Translations under genes and position numbers: made by a program
Part shown: positions 1-10,134 of the stretch, one piece after another
How positions within the stretch are numbered: position 1 is the stretch's first letter
Layout of the letters: every line of letters begins with the position of its first letter
The notes under the pieces: model-generated
Databases searched by the model: none
The model's input: the letters and a program-made list of their open reading frames with translations, nothing else
Told to the model about the DNA's origin: nothing
Origin: Elusimicrobiota bacterium
GTDB lineage: Bacteria; Elusimicrobiota; Elusimicrobia; UBA1565
Direction of reading: 5' to 3'
Assembly: GCA_043819795.1 (NCBI GenBank)
Contig: JBDREN010000209.1
Coordinates: 1 to 54,789, forward strand
Length of the DNA: 54,789 bases

Positions 1-146
1 GTCACTACGCCGAACGCGAAGCAACAACGCGCCTACGACCTTTTGGAGACCATCGCGGTGTAGACAGAACGGCGAAGTCGATTCTTGCGAAATCCTCTAA
101 TATTATCAGGACATCTCTCGGAAATTGCCGGGGAACTTCAGTTTAA
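1..146 (+). mobile_element. Right end of an insertion sequence (IS1634-like): transposase C-terminus (1..63) plus terminal region
   Basis: Frame 1 reads VTTPNAKQQRAYDLLETIAV*, like the T-P-x-x-x-Q-x-x-A-F/Y-x-L-L tail of IS1634-type transposases. It is followed by lower-GC DNA ending GGGGAACTTCAGTTTAA, after which an unrelated gene body begins. Left end is outside the window. Confidence 0.6.
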
Positions 147-546
147 TCTGGGGGTGCCCACGGGGAAGGACGCCCTTTCTTCCGAGGCCATCGAGCCCGT
201 CTTCAAGGGATTGGCCGATTGGGATCTGGGCGGGGGCTTTTCCTTGGGGACCAATGCCGGCCTGGATGTCCAAGGATGGGACAATAGCGGCGAGGACTTC
301 GCCCGGTTCCTTTACGCGGCTTCCGTCGGCTACGGCGTCCCTTATTGGGAAGGAAGGATGCGCGTCTTCACGGAAATGGCGGGAGTCGCGGCCCTGGGCA
401 AGGCCCGGCCGAGCGAGCACACCTTCGACGCCGGCTTTACCGTCCTGATCACTCCCGATATCCAGGCCGACGCGTTCGTACAAGTGGGGGTGACGGACGC
501 GAGTCCCGATCTTCAGGCCGGCGCCGGCTTGAGTTGGCGGATCTAG
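147..546 (+). pseudogene. 3' fragment of an outer-membrane beta-barrel 'transporter' (phenol MetA-degradation-like) gene, probably IS-interrupted
   Basis: Amphipathic beta strands (NLGVPTG...FDAGFTVLITPDIQADAFVQVG...AGLSWRI). No start codon or signal peptide after the putative IS end. Confidence 0.55.
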
Positions 547-651
547 GCCGGTCGCCGGGAGCCGTGTCCTCGACGGCCGGAGCCTTGAAGCCTGACACCG
601 TAGGCCGGCGCCGTATCCGGCTTGCTCGCCGCAACATGCTATCATAGGGCT

Positions 652-2082
652 ATGGTTAAAAGACTGCTCTTTGCCGCATCCGCCCTCTTCCTGGCGGGCT
701 GCACCGCCTCCCAGACGACGCGGGGTCCCGGCGGAGCCCTGCTCGGCGCCCGTCCGGCCGGCGGCGACCCCGTCATGGAGCTCGATGTCTGCCCGTTCGC
801 CTCCCCGCGCGTGGCGAGCGTTTCCGGGTATAAGTGGGGGGCCGTAGTCCGCAACTATGAGCGTGCGGTCATCCCGGCCATGGTGAAGGCCTTCAAGTCG
901 AAGAAGAGTCACAGCGCGCCCTTCCGCTCCATTCAAAACATCAAGTCGCTCGACGACTCCCGCGGTATCGCGGCTTTCGGGTGCGATATTGCCGTGGAGA
1001 TCGGCATCCTGAACAAGAAGATTGCCGCCTGGACCTACTCCGCGCGCACCAAAAGGCAGTTGTTCGAATCCGTTTTCACCGGCGTCCCCGTAACGGGCGG
1101 CGATTGGGGCTTCAAGATGCGGGAAGCGGTATACAACGAGTTTCAGAAGGCCCCCGCGCTTTTGAAGCAGATCCTGGCCCAGCGCGACGCGGCGGCCGCG
1201 GAGGCCGCGGTGGCGTCGGGCGGCGTGTCCCAGGAGATGCTGGAGAAGATCGTCGCCTCGGCCGTGGCCAGGGGGAAGGAGGAGGAGAAAAAGCCCGCGG
1301 CGAAGACCTCGGACGTGGACACGCCGGGCTACCGCCGTCCGGAGCGCCCCCACGACTTCGCCGTGGTCGTCGGGATCGAGAAGTACTCCGAGATCGCTCC
1401 CGCCGCCTACGGCGAGCGCGACGCGGCGGCCGTCGTGAAGCATTTCGAGGCCCTGGGGGTCCCGCGCCGGAACATCGTCCACCTGCCGGGCGTCAAGGCC
1501 ACGCGGACGGGACTGCTCAAGTACCTCAACGCCTGGCTGCCCAAGAACGTGACACCCAAGAGCCGCGTGTATTTCTTCTACTCCGGGCACGGCGCGCCCG
1601 ACCCCGAAAGCGGGGAGGCGTATCTCGTCCCCTTCGACGGCGACCCGAACTTCCTCGCCGACACCGCCCTGCCGCTCAAGAAGCTCTACGCTTCTTTAAG
1701 CGGCCTTCCGGCGAAGGAGATCGTCGTGGCGCTGGACGCCTGCTTCTCGGGCGCGGGCGGACGTTCGGTCCTGGCCCGGGGAGCGCGTCCGCTGGTGATG
1801 CGGGTGAGGGGCGCCGCGCCGGTGTCCTCCAAGATCATCTTGCTGACGGCGGCCTCCGGCAGCGAAATCACGACGACGATCGAAGAGCAGGGCCACGGCA
1901 TCTTCACCTACTACTTCCTGAAGGGCCTGCAAGGCGAGGCGAAAGACCGGCGCGGCCGCGTGACCGCGGCGGGCCTCTACGACTATCTCAAGCCGAAGGT
2001 CCAGGACGAGGCGCGCCGCCAGAACCGCGACCAGACCCCGGGCCTCGTCGGCCACTCCAAGCGGGACCTCCTCCTCCGGTAA
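652..2082 (+). CDS. Caspase-family (peptidase C14) lipoprotein
   Basis: Lipobox LFLAGC; C-terminal domain with AVVVGIEKY, catalytic YSGHG and LDACFSG, and HGIFTYYFLKGL. Confidence 0.85.
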   Translation: MVKRLLFAASALFLAGCTASQTTRGPGGALLGARPAGGDPVMELDVCPFASPRVASVSGYKWGAVVRNYERAVIPAMVKAFKSKKSHSAPFRSIQNIKSLDDSRGIAAFGCDIAVEIGILNKKIAAWTYSARTKRQLFESVFTGVPVTGGDWGFKMREAVYNEFQKAPALLKQILAQRDAAAAEAAVASGGVSQEMLEKIVASAVARGKEEEKKPAAKTSDVDTPGYRRPERPHDFAVVVGIEKYSEIAPAAYGERDAAAVVKHFEALGVPRRNIVHLPGVKATRTGLLKYLNAWLPKNVTPKSRVYFFYSGHGAPDPESGEAYLVPFDGDPNFLADTALPLKKLYASLSGLPAKEIVVALDACFSGAGGRSVLARGARPLVMRVRGAAPVSSKIILLTAASGSEITTTIEEQGHGIFTYYFLKGLQGEAKDRRGRVTAAGLYDYLKPKVQDEARRQNRDQTPGLVGHSKRDLLLR

Positions 2083-2111
2083 TCAGGGTAGTGAAGACAG
2101 CGTCCCCGCCG

Positions 2112-2136
2112 GCCGGAGCCTGAGTCAGGCTCCGGC
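2112..2136. terminator. Perfect GC-rich palindrome between convergent genes, possible bidirectional terminator
   Basis: GCCGGAGCCTGA-G-TCAGGCTCCGGC; no U-tract. Confidence 0.4.
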
Positions 2137-2198
2137 GTCCGGGATTCAACGCTTCCCGTGGGATTCGGGCTTTCGTCGGGGAGCGCTTGCCGCGGTGA

Positions 2199-2903
2199 TC
2201 AACGCGAAGGCCGGACGAGCCGCACGCGGCCGCGTCCGTCCACGCTCACGAGGCCGCTGCGCTTGAGCTCCTCGATGAGCTCTTCGGGGCGGCACCCGCT
2301 CGAGAGATCCGCGCGGCTGGCGATGTCGTTGATGAGCGATTTTAGACGCGACGGCGGGTCTTTGATCCGCGCCAGGCGCGCGCCGTAGGCGTGGGCCGCC
2401 TTAGCGAGCTCCGAAACGGCGGGGGGATCGGCCGGCTTTCCCCGGCGCCGGCCGCGTGAGGCGCGGGCCGGCTTGGCCTTCGGCTCGGCGCTCGCGCGGC
2501 GCTCCCGCCGTTCGGGATGAGAGGTCCAGAGCACGGCCTGCCGGCCGATGCGCTGGAGCTCTTCGACGATCGCGCCGAGCTTCTTGTCGGCCGTCACGAG
2601 GGTAAACGGGATGTGCATCGGCAGCGTGGAATGGAGCAGCCCGGAGTGCAGCGCCATCACGAAATCCGCGGCGTTTCTGCCCCCCTCCCCTGAGAGCACG
2701 GGCAATCGCATCGGGATCGGGCTCAGCTTGCGCTCGAGGGCTTTGGGGACTGTCGCTCCCGGACGTAGGAATACGCGGACGAGCGTATCCTTCGTCAAGG
2801 GGAAATCCGGAGGAAGATGCGGGTCGTTGTCGCCGTCGATCAGGAGAACGGCGCTTATGGGGTCCTTCGTGCGCGCGGCATCGCCTTGGGTGTGCTCGGA
2901 CAT
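2199..2903 (-). CDS. PIN/NYN-like domain protein with C-terminal winged-helix (LOTUS/OST-like)
   Basis: LLIDGDN, GRNAADFVMALHSG, LVTADK acidic motif pattern; C-terminus LIEELKRSGLVSVD. Confidence 0.55.
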   Translation of the reverse strand: MSEHTQGDAARTKDPISAVLLIDGDNDPHLPPDFPLTKDTLVRVFLRPGATVPKALERKLSPIPMRLPVLSGEGGRNAADFVMALHSGLLHSTLPMHIPFTLVTADKKLGAIVEELQRIGRQAVLWTSHPERRERRASAEPKAKPARASRGRRRGKPADPPAVSELAKAAHAYGARLARIKDPPSRLKSLINDIASRADLSSGCRPEELIEELKRSGLVSVDGRGRVRLVRPSR

Positions 2904-3065
2904 ACGCCTACTATAGCTTTAAGTGATGGATCCGGCCAAGTTTGTCCGTGGGGCGCGGCTCCACCGGACACCAGGTAAATGCTGGTTTTATGAGAATTTC
3001 ACACCATCTGCCGTGCCGGATTGATGGGCAGTTCCGGTGGTTAGGGCGTCAGGCTGCAATGAAAC

Positions 3066-3488
3066 TTATGGTTCGGCGGCGGACGCGGCGAAAGACCCGG
3101 CGAGGGGCATCCGCTCGGCTTTTAGGATGGCCGTATGAGATCTGTTGAGAAACCGCGCGATATCGATGGGCTGGCGGCCATGCCCAAGCGCGTGACGGAT
3201 GAAGGCGCGGCGAGCCTCGGACACCGCGCGCCGCCGGCTGGGGCCGCGAAGAGCCGCCACGCCGACCCGCTTCTCCCGGCAGTACCGCTCAGCGAGAGAA
3301 AGCAGGGGCGTTTGTCTGAAGGCGGCGCGCCCAAGGAGTCGATTATCCGGCGGAGGGGCCGGTGGGGACGTGGACTCCTTTGGGACCGCAACCTGAGCGA
3401 GGCCTTCCAGGACGAATCGCCGGTAGCATCCCTGCGCCGCCGCCATTTCCGGCGCGAAGATGCCGAGAGGAAGCCGCCAGTCGATCAA
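3066..3488 (-). pseudogene. C-terminal remnant of a REP-associated tyrosine (Y1/RAYT-like) transposase with a DnaA-C-like HTH
   Basis: AAQGCYRRFVLEG and LRGPSRRRAVSEARRAF...IDIARFLNRSHTAIL; the HuH catalytic N-terminus is absent. Confidence 0.5.
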
Positions 3489-4513
3489 GCCGCGCGGGGC
3501 GGGAGCTTGTCGGCGTTGTGACAGGCCACCCTGTGGCCGGGACCGTCTCCCGCGACAGGCCTCAGCGCAGGAACCTTTTCCGAGCAGATCCCGCTCTCAT
3601 ACGGGCAGCGCGGGCGGAACACGCATCCGGAGGGAGGGTCCAGCGGGTTGGGCATCTCCACGCTCTTGAGCGGCAGGGCCTTGGGGGTCCCTCCGGCCGC
3701 CGGGCCGGCGGAGGGAATGGCCGAGAGCAGCGCCCGCAGATACGGGTGCGCCGGCCTCTGGATGCACTCGCCTACGACGCCCGTCTCTACCATCCTCCCG
3801 AGGTACATCACGATGATCCTGCCGTTCTCCGCGAAGTAGCGCGCCGTGGCCAGGTCATGGGTGATGTAAAGGAAGGCGATGCCCTTGTCGCGGTTCAGGC
3901 GCTTCATCAGGTCTATGATGGCGAGGCGCAAAGACACGTCCACGGCGGAAACCGGCTCGTCGGCAATGATGAGCTTGGGCTCCAGGATGGTGGCCCGCAC
4001 GATGGACACGCGCTGCCTCTGGCCGCCGGAGAGTTGAAAGGGATGCTTGTTCACGAAGTACTCCGGCGGGTTGAGGCCCATGGATCCCAGAAGCTCCAGG
4101 ACCCTTTGCTCCGTGTCCTTCCGCCCTTTCGTGATTCCGTGGAACCGCAGCACGGCCGCCAGGGTCTGATACACCGTCCTCACAGGGTTCAGGCTCGCGT
4201 AGGAGTCCTGATGGACCACCTGGACCATGCACCGCGTCCTCCTGTCCATCCTGAACTTCCTATCCCAGATGCTCCTGCCGTCGAACAGGACCTCTCCCTG
4301 GGAGGGCCGCAGCACGCCCAGGGCCATCTTGCCCACCGTGCTCTTGCCGCAGCCCGATTCTCCGACCATGGTGAGAATCTCGCCGGCATCGATGCGAAAG
4401 CCCACGTCGCGGGCGGCCTGGAGCATCCTGCCTCCGCTCACGTCGAAATGCATGTGCACGTTCCTGAGCTCGACGATGGGAGACGACCTCTTGGTTGCCG
4501 GGATATCCGTCAT
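3485..4513 (-). CDS. oppF: Opp/Dpp-family ABC transporter ATPase (OppF-like)
   Basis: GESGCGKST, LSGGQRQR, IADEPVSAVD, HPY...GCVFRPRC; start chosen by ATGA overlap with the upstream stop. Confidence 0.9.
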   Translation of the reverse strand: MTDIPATKRSSPIVELRNVHMHFDVSGGRMLQAARDVGFRIDAGEILTMVGESGCGKSTVGKMALGVLRPSQGEVLFDGRSIWDRKFRMDRRTRCMVQVVHQDSYASLNPVRTVYQTLAAVLRFHGITKGRKDTEQRVLELLGSMGLNPPEYFVNKHPFQLSGGQRQRVSIVRATILEPKLIIADEPVSAVDVSLRLAIIDLMKRLNRDKGIAFLYITHDLATARYFAENGRIIVMYLGRMVETGVVGECIQRPAHPYLRALLSAIPSAGPAAGGTPKALPLKSVEMPNPLDPPSGCVFRPRCPYESGICSEKVPALRPVAGDGPGHRVACHNADKLPPRAA

Positions 4514-5541
4514 GACGGGCCATCCGCCTTCTTCAGGCACGCGACCTGCCTGTCGAACGAGCTCTTATGCGAGGAAGTGCCGCCTCCAGACGTCGTTAGG
4601 GGGCGGCTGCCCGGGACCGCGGCGAGTTCGGGCGCCTCGGCCCGGCACGCCTCCTCCGCCGCGGGGCAGCGCGGGTGAAAGACGCAGCCGGAAGGCTTGT
4701 TCAAGAGGTCCAGCGGCGGGCCGTGGATGGGCTTGCACCGCAGTTCGCTTCCTGAGATCGACGGTATCGCGTTGATCAGCCCCGCGGTATAGGGATGGAG
4801 GGGTCTTTGGAACACCTCCTCGGTCTCCCCGGTCTCCAGCACCTTGCCGCCGTACATGATCACGATCCGGTGGGCGAGCATCATGGCGGCGGTCATGTCG
4901 TGGGTGACGAGCACCATGGTTAGGCCTCGCTTGGCATGGATGTCCAGCAGGATGTCGAAGATATGGGACTGGATGATGGTGTCGAGCGCGGTCGTGGGCT
5001 CGTCCAGCAGCACGAACTCCGGGTCCAGCACCAAGGACAGGGCGATCACGCATCTCTGCCTCATGCCGCCGGAGAGCTCATGCGGATAGCTTCGGAGCAC
5101 CCGGGCCGGGTCCAGCCGCACGAGCCGGAGCAGGTCCGCGACCTTGGCTTTGGCCTGCCCCCGGGAGACTCCCGCGTCGTGGTCGAACACGGTGTCCAGG
5201 AACTGGTCCTCGATCCTCATGGTGGGGTTGAGGGCGTTCTGGGCGGCCTGGAATACCATGGAGGCTTCGTTCCACCGGAACATCCGAAGCTCCTTGGGGG
5301 AAAGCCGGAGGAGGTCCCTGTCATGAAAGAGCATGCCGCTCCCTTCGCGGATCACGGCATTGGGCGCGGTAATCCCCAGGATGGCGGCCGTGAGGGTGCT
5401 CTTGCCGCAGCCGCTCTCCCCGATGACGGCCGTTATCCGGCCTTGCTCGATGTCCAGGTCCACGCCTTCCACCGCGGCCAGGATCCCCTCCCGCACCTTG
5501 TAGTCCACCGACAGGTTCCTGATCCTCAGGATGGGGTCCAT
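4510..5541 (-). CDS. oppD: Opp/Dpp-family ABC transporter ATPase (OppD-like)
   Basis: GESGCGKST, YPHELSGGMRQR, DEPTTALD, GCVFHPRCP. Confidence 0.9.
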   Translation of the reverse strand: MDPILRIRNLSVDYKVREGILAAVEGVDLDIEQGRITAVIGESGCGKSTLTAAILGITAPNAVIREGSGMLFHDRDLLRLSPKELRMFRWNEASMVFQAAQNALNPTMRIEDQFLDTVFDHDAGVSRGQAKAKVADLLRLVRLDPARVLRSYPHELSGGMRQRCVIALSLVLDPEFVLLDEPTTALDTIIQSHIFDILLDIHAKRGLTMVLVTHDMTAAMMLAHRIVIMYGGKVLETGETEEVFQRPLHPYTAGLINAIPSISGSELRCKPIHGPPLDLLNKPSGCVFHPRCPAAEEACRAEAPELAAVPGSRPLTTSGGGTSSHKSSFDRQVACLKKADGPS

Positions 5542-6387
5542 TCAGCGGCTCCTCAGCCTCGGGTCGAAGAGGTTCTCGACCGCGCTCCCGAAGCAGATGA
5601 GGCTGTACTGGAACAGCACGATCGCCAGCATGGGGGAGAGAAGGTACGGCAGCGCGTTGGGCACGAAGATGGAGCCCGTGGAGAAAGCCGCCAGATTCAG
5701 CATCATCCCCCAGTTCGTCAGGGAGAGCGGCACCAGGCCCAGGAGCATGATCCCCACGCTGGCGGTGATCGCCCCCTTGGCGATATGGATGAAATTGATG
5801 GTGATGAAGGGCACGATATTGGGCAGGAGCTCCTTGAACATGATGTGGGATGTGGACATGCCCAGGCAGCGGCAGACCTCGATGAACTCCGCCTGCTTGA
5901 GGGAGAGGACCTGCGCCCGGATGGCCCTGGCCAGGGGCGGCCAGCTCCAGATGGCCAGGACCAGGCCGAACGAGACGGGGTCGCGAATCTTCAGCAAGGA
6001 CGCGAAGATGGCCATGATGGGGAACGTGGGCACGGTGAGGAACACCTCGACCACCCTCATTAGGAGGAAATCGGTCTTGCCGCCGATCAGCCCGGCGGAG
6101 ATTCCGACGAGCACCGCGAGAAGGACGCCGAACACGGCCGTTGAGAAGGCTATGAGCATCACGTCCCTGGAGCCGTGCACGATCTGCTGGAAGGTGTCCC
6201 TGCCCGAGTAGTCCGTTCCCAGCCAGTGCTCCAGGGAGGGAAGCTGGAACCTCCCCTCGTAGTTCGTGGTGGTGTCGAGCTCCACGATATGGGGACCGGC
6301 CGCGGCCATCAGGAAGAACCCGCAGAGGATGATGAAGCCCGCGAGCGCCTGCTTGTTTCCCCTCAGTATGCCCCAGAAACGCTTCAT
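5542..6387 (-). CDS. oppC: ABC transporter permease (OppC-like)
   Basis: HWLGTDYSGRD, ARAIRAQVLSLKQAEFIE, WGMML; starts MKRFWG overlapping the oppB stop. Confidence 0.9.
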   Translation of the reverse strand: MKRFWGILRGNKQALAGFIILCGFFLMAAAGPHIVELDTTTNYEGRFQLPSLEHWLGTDYSGRDTFQQIVHGSRDVMLIAFSTAVFGVLLAVLVGISAGLIGGKTDFLLMRVVEVFLTVPTFPIMAIFASLLKIRDPVSFGLVLAIWSWPPLARAIRAQVLSLKQAEFIEVCRCLGMSTSHIMFKELLPNIVPFITINFIHIAKGAITASVGIMLLGLVPLSLTNWGMMLNLAAFSTGSIFVPNALPYLLSPMLAIVLFQYSLICFGSAVENLFDPRLRSR

Positions 6388-7376
6388 TTCCCGGCCTTGA
6401 TCCGCGGATCGAGCAGTGAGTACAGGAACTCCGACATCAGGACGGCGAAGATCATGGCGAACGTCGTCATCAGGAAGATGCCCTGGATCAGCATGAAATC
6501 CCGGTTCCCGATCGCCTGCCCCACGTAGAAGCCTATCCCCGGATAGTTGAAGATCCCCTCGATGAACATAGAGCCGCCCAGCATGGCGCCGAACGAGATG
6601 GCGAGCCCGGTGACCAAGGGGAGCATGGCGTTGCGCCCCACGTAGTGCAGGGTGATGGTCCTCTCCTTGAGGCCCTTGGCCTTGGCCACCGTGACGTAGT
6701 CCTCGTTCAGAGTGCTGGTCGCGGCGGCCCTGGCCTGGAGCGCCCAGGCGCCCATGCACTGGAGGGTGAAGGCGCTCACCGGCAGGACCGCGTGATAGAG
6801 CGCGTCTATGAGGAACGCCGGGTTGAACCCGGGCGCCGTGTCCGAGCTATAGGCCCCGACGATCGGGAACCAGCGCAGCTTCACCGAGAAAACGACCAGG
6901 AGCAGCAGGGCGATCAGGAAATCCGGGATGGCCTGGGTGAACGTGGCGTAGAGGGTGATGGCATGGTCGAGAGCCGAGCCTCTCTTGCGCGCCGCGATCA
7001 TCCCCAGCAGGGTCCCGGCCGTGAAGCTGCCAAGCAGGGCCAGGCTGCAGACGAACAGGGTCCAGGGCAGGGATTTGAGGATGATCCTGCCGACCGGCAT
7101 TTTGTAGACGATGGACACGCCCATGTTGCCCTGCGCGAGCCCTGCCAGGTACTTCACAAACTGCATGAGCACGGGGGCGTCCGGGTCGTAGTTGAGCTGG
7201 GCCTTGGCCAGCTCATAGGCCTCGTTGTAGGGGACCCCCTGGGCCTGCTGCAGCTCCAGGGCGATCATGTGCACGATGTCGCCCGGCATCATGCGCAGAA
7301 GGAAGAAGGTGATGACCAGGGCCACGCATGCCGTGAAGACCGCGACCAGGATCTTCCGCCGGGTGGGGCCGCTCAT
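6384..7376 (-). CDS. oppB: ABC transporter permease (OppB-like)
   Basis: MPGD, EDYVTVAKAKGL, EGIFNYPGIG, LDPRI. Confidence 0.9.
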   Translation of the reverse strand: MSGPTRRKILVAVFTACVALVITFFLLRMMPGDIVHMIALELQQAQGVPYNEAYELAKAQLNYDPDAPVLMQFVKYLAGLAQGNMGVSIVYKMPVGRIILKSLPWTLFVCSLALLGSFTAGTLLGMIAARKRGSALDHAITLYATFTQAIPDFLIALLLLVVFSVKLRWFPIVGAYSSDTAPGFNPAFLIDALYHAVLPVSAFTLQCMGAWALQARAAATSTLNEDYVTVAKAKGLKERTITLHYVGRNAMLPLVTGLAISFGAMLGGSMFIEGIFNYPGIGFYVGQAIGNRDFMLIQGIFLMTTFAMIFAVLMSEFLYSLLDPRIKAGK

Positions 7377-9127
7377 CGCGGGATCCCCTCCAGGGTGCCG
7401 TCGATCATGAACGAGACCAGCGCCCCCTCCACGCCGTAAGACACGTTCGACCAGACCGGATTCTCCACGCCGGGCCAGCCCCGGACCCTCTTGCCGTCCA
7501 CCACGAACACCATCAGGTTCTTCTCATAGACCGAGAGGAAGGGGATGTGCTCGTGCGTGATCCAGGCGAGCTTCTCTATCAGCTCTCTCCTTTCCTTCTC
7601 GTCCCGGGTCTCATGCAGTCTCTCGACGGTCGCCGAAAGGTCCACGGTCCCGCCCCCCGGACCCCGGACCTTGTCCGCAATGCCGGTGGCCCTCCGCATG
7701 AACTCGCTCTTGTAGTACAGGCGCTCGTAGGACAGGACCGGCAGGCCGAACCTGGCGAAATTCGGTCCGAACTCGACCGCGACGTCGAAATCCCCGTCCC
7801 TCAGGTTCGTGCCGTAGAGCGCGCCCATGACGATCCTGACCTTGGATTTGACGCCGATCTTGTTCAAGAGCGAGGTCGCCACCTCGGCCCCGAGCACCCA
7901 GTCCGTGTTCTCGGAGGAGCTGATCTCAAGCTCCATGGGCGCGCCGTCGGGGTCGCGGTAGTAGCCGTCCTTGCCTTTCCTGTAGCCGGCCTCATCGAGG
8001 ATGCGCATGGCCTTCCGAGGGTCGTACTCGTACTTATCGAGCTTGCGCAGGAATTCCGCGGAGAGCCAGCGGTCCCTCTCCGAGCGCACGATGCCGGTGT
8101 TGTAGTCCGTGACCGGCCGGGAGTAGTAGTAGGAGATCTTGGTGACCCTTTCGCGGTCCACCGCGTGCGCGAAGGCCTTCCTGAAATTCACGTCCGACAT
8201 GGGCTTCTTCCTCAGGTTGAAGATGAAGCCGAACTCGTGAAGATCGGACGGGCACACCAGCTTGGTCCCGGGGTTGCGCTTGATCACCTGCTCGGCCACG
8301 TCGCGCGGCGTGGCCGGGCTGGACGCGTCGATCTCGCCGGCCATGATGAAGGCCCACATGATCTCGTTCTTGAGCCCGCGGAGGATCTTGATCTTGTCGA
8401 TTTTGAGCTTGTCCCGGGCCCAGCCGTCCGGAAACCTCTCGAGCAGCATCTCGGAGGAGGTCACGTTCACGACCCGGAAGGGCCCCGTTCCGATCGGGAG
8501 GGGGGGCCGGTACCGGCACAGTTTCTCCCGGAGCGCCTGCTTCTCGGCCGTCGCGGCCGCCCTCCCGATGAGCGGCAGGGCCTGCGCGGCCCATTCCTGG
8601 TACGGGTCAAAGGGGGAGGTGATCTTCTCGGTGAGTATCCGGATCTTGTCGTATCTTCGCAGCGGCTTCTTGAAGGCGAAGACGACGGTATGCTCGTCCG
8701 GGGTCTCTATCCCTTGGAGGCGCTGCCAGACCTGCCAACCGTGGATCGCGCCGAGCTGGAAGGTCGCGGCCACGTCCCTGGAGGTGAAGGGCTTGCCGTC
8801 GTGCCATGTGACGCCCTTTCGCAAGCGCACGCTCAGCCTTCTTCCGTCGCGGCTCTCCACGGCCTCCACCCCGAGCCTGGGCAGGTAACTCTCCCGGGTG
8901 GGAAGGTAGTAGAAGAGCGGCTCATGGACGTACCATGAGGCGCAGCCCACGGACTGGGGCGCCCAAGGGTTTCCGGTGTAGGCCGGGGGTATGGCCCACG
9001 ACCCGGCGCCCACGAACACCCGCTCCTTGGGCCCGGCGTCGCCCTTGCAGCCGGCGAGGCACAAGCAAAGGGCCAGTACTAGTGGGACCTGGCGAGAGGA
9101 GAACGGCCGCGCCGCGGGATCCGTCAT
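7373..9127 (-). CDS. Family 5 solute-binding lipoprotein (OppA-like, probably oligosaccharide-binding)
   Basis: Lipobox CLAGC, LRKGVTWHDGKPFTSRDV, PIGTGPF; adjacent to a glycosidase gene. Confidence 0.85.
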   Translation of the reverse strand: MTDPAARPFSSRQVPLVLALCLCLAGCKGDAGPKERVFVGAGSWAIPPAYTGNPWAPQSVGCASWYVHEPLFYYLPTRESYLPRLGVEAVESRDGRRLSVRLRKGVTWHDGKPFTSRDVAATFQLGAIHGWQVWQRLQGIETPDEHTVVFAFKKPLRRYDKIRILTEKITSPFDPYQEWAAQALPLIGRAAATAEKQALREKLCRYRPPLPIGTGPFRVVNVTSSEMLLERFPDGWARDKLKIDKIKILRGLKNEIMWAFIMAGEIDASSPATPRDVAEQVIKRNPGTKLVCPSDLHEFGFIFNLRKKPMSDVNFRKAFAHAVDRERVTKISYYYSRPVTDYNTGIVRSERDRWLSAEFLRKLDKYEYDPRKAMRILDEAGYRKGKDGYYRDPDGAPMELEISSSENTDWVLGAEVATSLLNKIGVKSKVRIVMGALYGTNLRDGDFDVAVEFGPNFARFGLPVLSYERLYYKSEFMRRATGIADKVRGPGGGTVDLSATVERLHETRDEKERRELIEKLAWITHEHIPFLSVYEKNLMVFVVDGKRVRGWPGVENPVWSNVSYGVEGALVSFMIDGTLEGIPR

Positions 9128-10134
9128 CAGGGAAGCAGGGCCTTGAGCCAGCTATTATCCACGCGGTCGTCCGCCTCGAGCAAGGCCCTGTTCCTGCCGA
9201 CATGGGCGCGGGTCGCGCCGCAGAGAAAAGACACCTTGGGCACGTCGCCGATCATCTCCCAGGGAGTGTCCGGGAAGCAGACGGGAAAGGGAAGAAGCCG
9301 CTCCAGCGTCAGTCGCCCGTCCTTCTCCCGAAGGAAACCCGCCGACCACCAGTACTGGTAGGGATCGCTGCGCGCGTGATAGGTAAAGAGGTAGCGCGAG
9401 CCGACGGCCAGGGGTTGGGCGCCCAGGCCGATTTTGTACACGCTCCACGCCGGCAGAGGCGCAAGGACTATCCGGTTGTCAACGGGCGGGGCAAGGCGGG
9501 GCAGGGCTCCGGGAACTCGGCTGCCGCCGGTCCCGTCGGCCGCGTTGCGCACCGCCTCCTCGAACCCGCGGCTGAAGTCGCCGCACCAGATGCAGGGCGG
9601 ATCGCCCCACTCCAAAGGCCGGTGGAAGAGAAAGGTCCGGCTTCCCGCCTCGACGCAGGCGGCGTTCTTGTTCCCGCGCATGGCCACTATGCCGGCGGGA
9701 ACCGCCTCGTCGGGAGCCCTGCCCAGGGCCACGCCGATGTAGTCGTCGTAACGCGCCCGGTTCGGGCTCCGGGTATCCCTTGCCAGGAGAAGGGAGTGCG
9801 TGTGGACCAGCCACTCCCGCATGGGCGAGCACCGGTCGTCCTCGCAGCCGACGGAGTAGTCGTTAACCGTGTAGCCGGGCCAGATGAAGTGCTCCTTCTC
9901 CTTGAAGAACGCGGTCCCGTTCGCGCTCGCATGGAGCCGGATCCAGCCCGGGTAGTTGCCGTGATGGGTGGAGAAGCGTACGAAGAGGTAGGTGTGTCCG
10001 TCGGCCGCGCGATAGGCTCCCGGATTGAAAAGGGCCTGCCCGGACTCGCACAGGACGACCGTCTTTTTGACCTTGCCGGCGAATACCCCGGCGGAAAGCT
10101 CGATCGTCTCGGCCAGGGTTCTGGCTCTCGCCAC
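9127..10134 (-). CDS. Divergent GH130-like glycosidase/mannoside phosphorylase
   Basis: FNPGA, GCEDDR, NKNAA, FHRP, KIGLGAQPL, PWEMIGDVPKVSFLCG. Confidence 0.7.
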   Translation of the reverse strand: MARARTLAETIELSAGVFAGKVKKTVVLCESGQALFNPGAYRAADGHTYLFVRFSTHHGNYPGWIRLHASANGTAFFKEKEHFIWPGYTVNDYSVGCEDDRCSPMREWLVHTHSLLLARDTRSPNRARYDDYIGVALGRAPDEAVPAGIVAMRGNKNAACVEAGSRTFLFHRPLEWGDPPCIWCGDFSRGFEEAVRNAADGTGGSRVPGALPRLAPPVDNRIVLAPLPAWSVYKIGLGAQPLAVGSRYLFTYHARSDPYQYWWSAGFLREKDGRLTLERLLPFPVCFPDTPWEMIGDVPKVSFLCGATRAHVGRNRALLEADDRVDNSWLKALLP

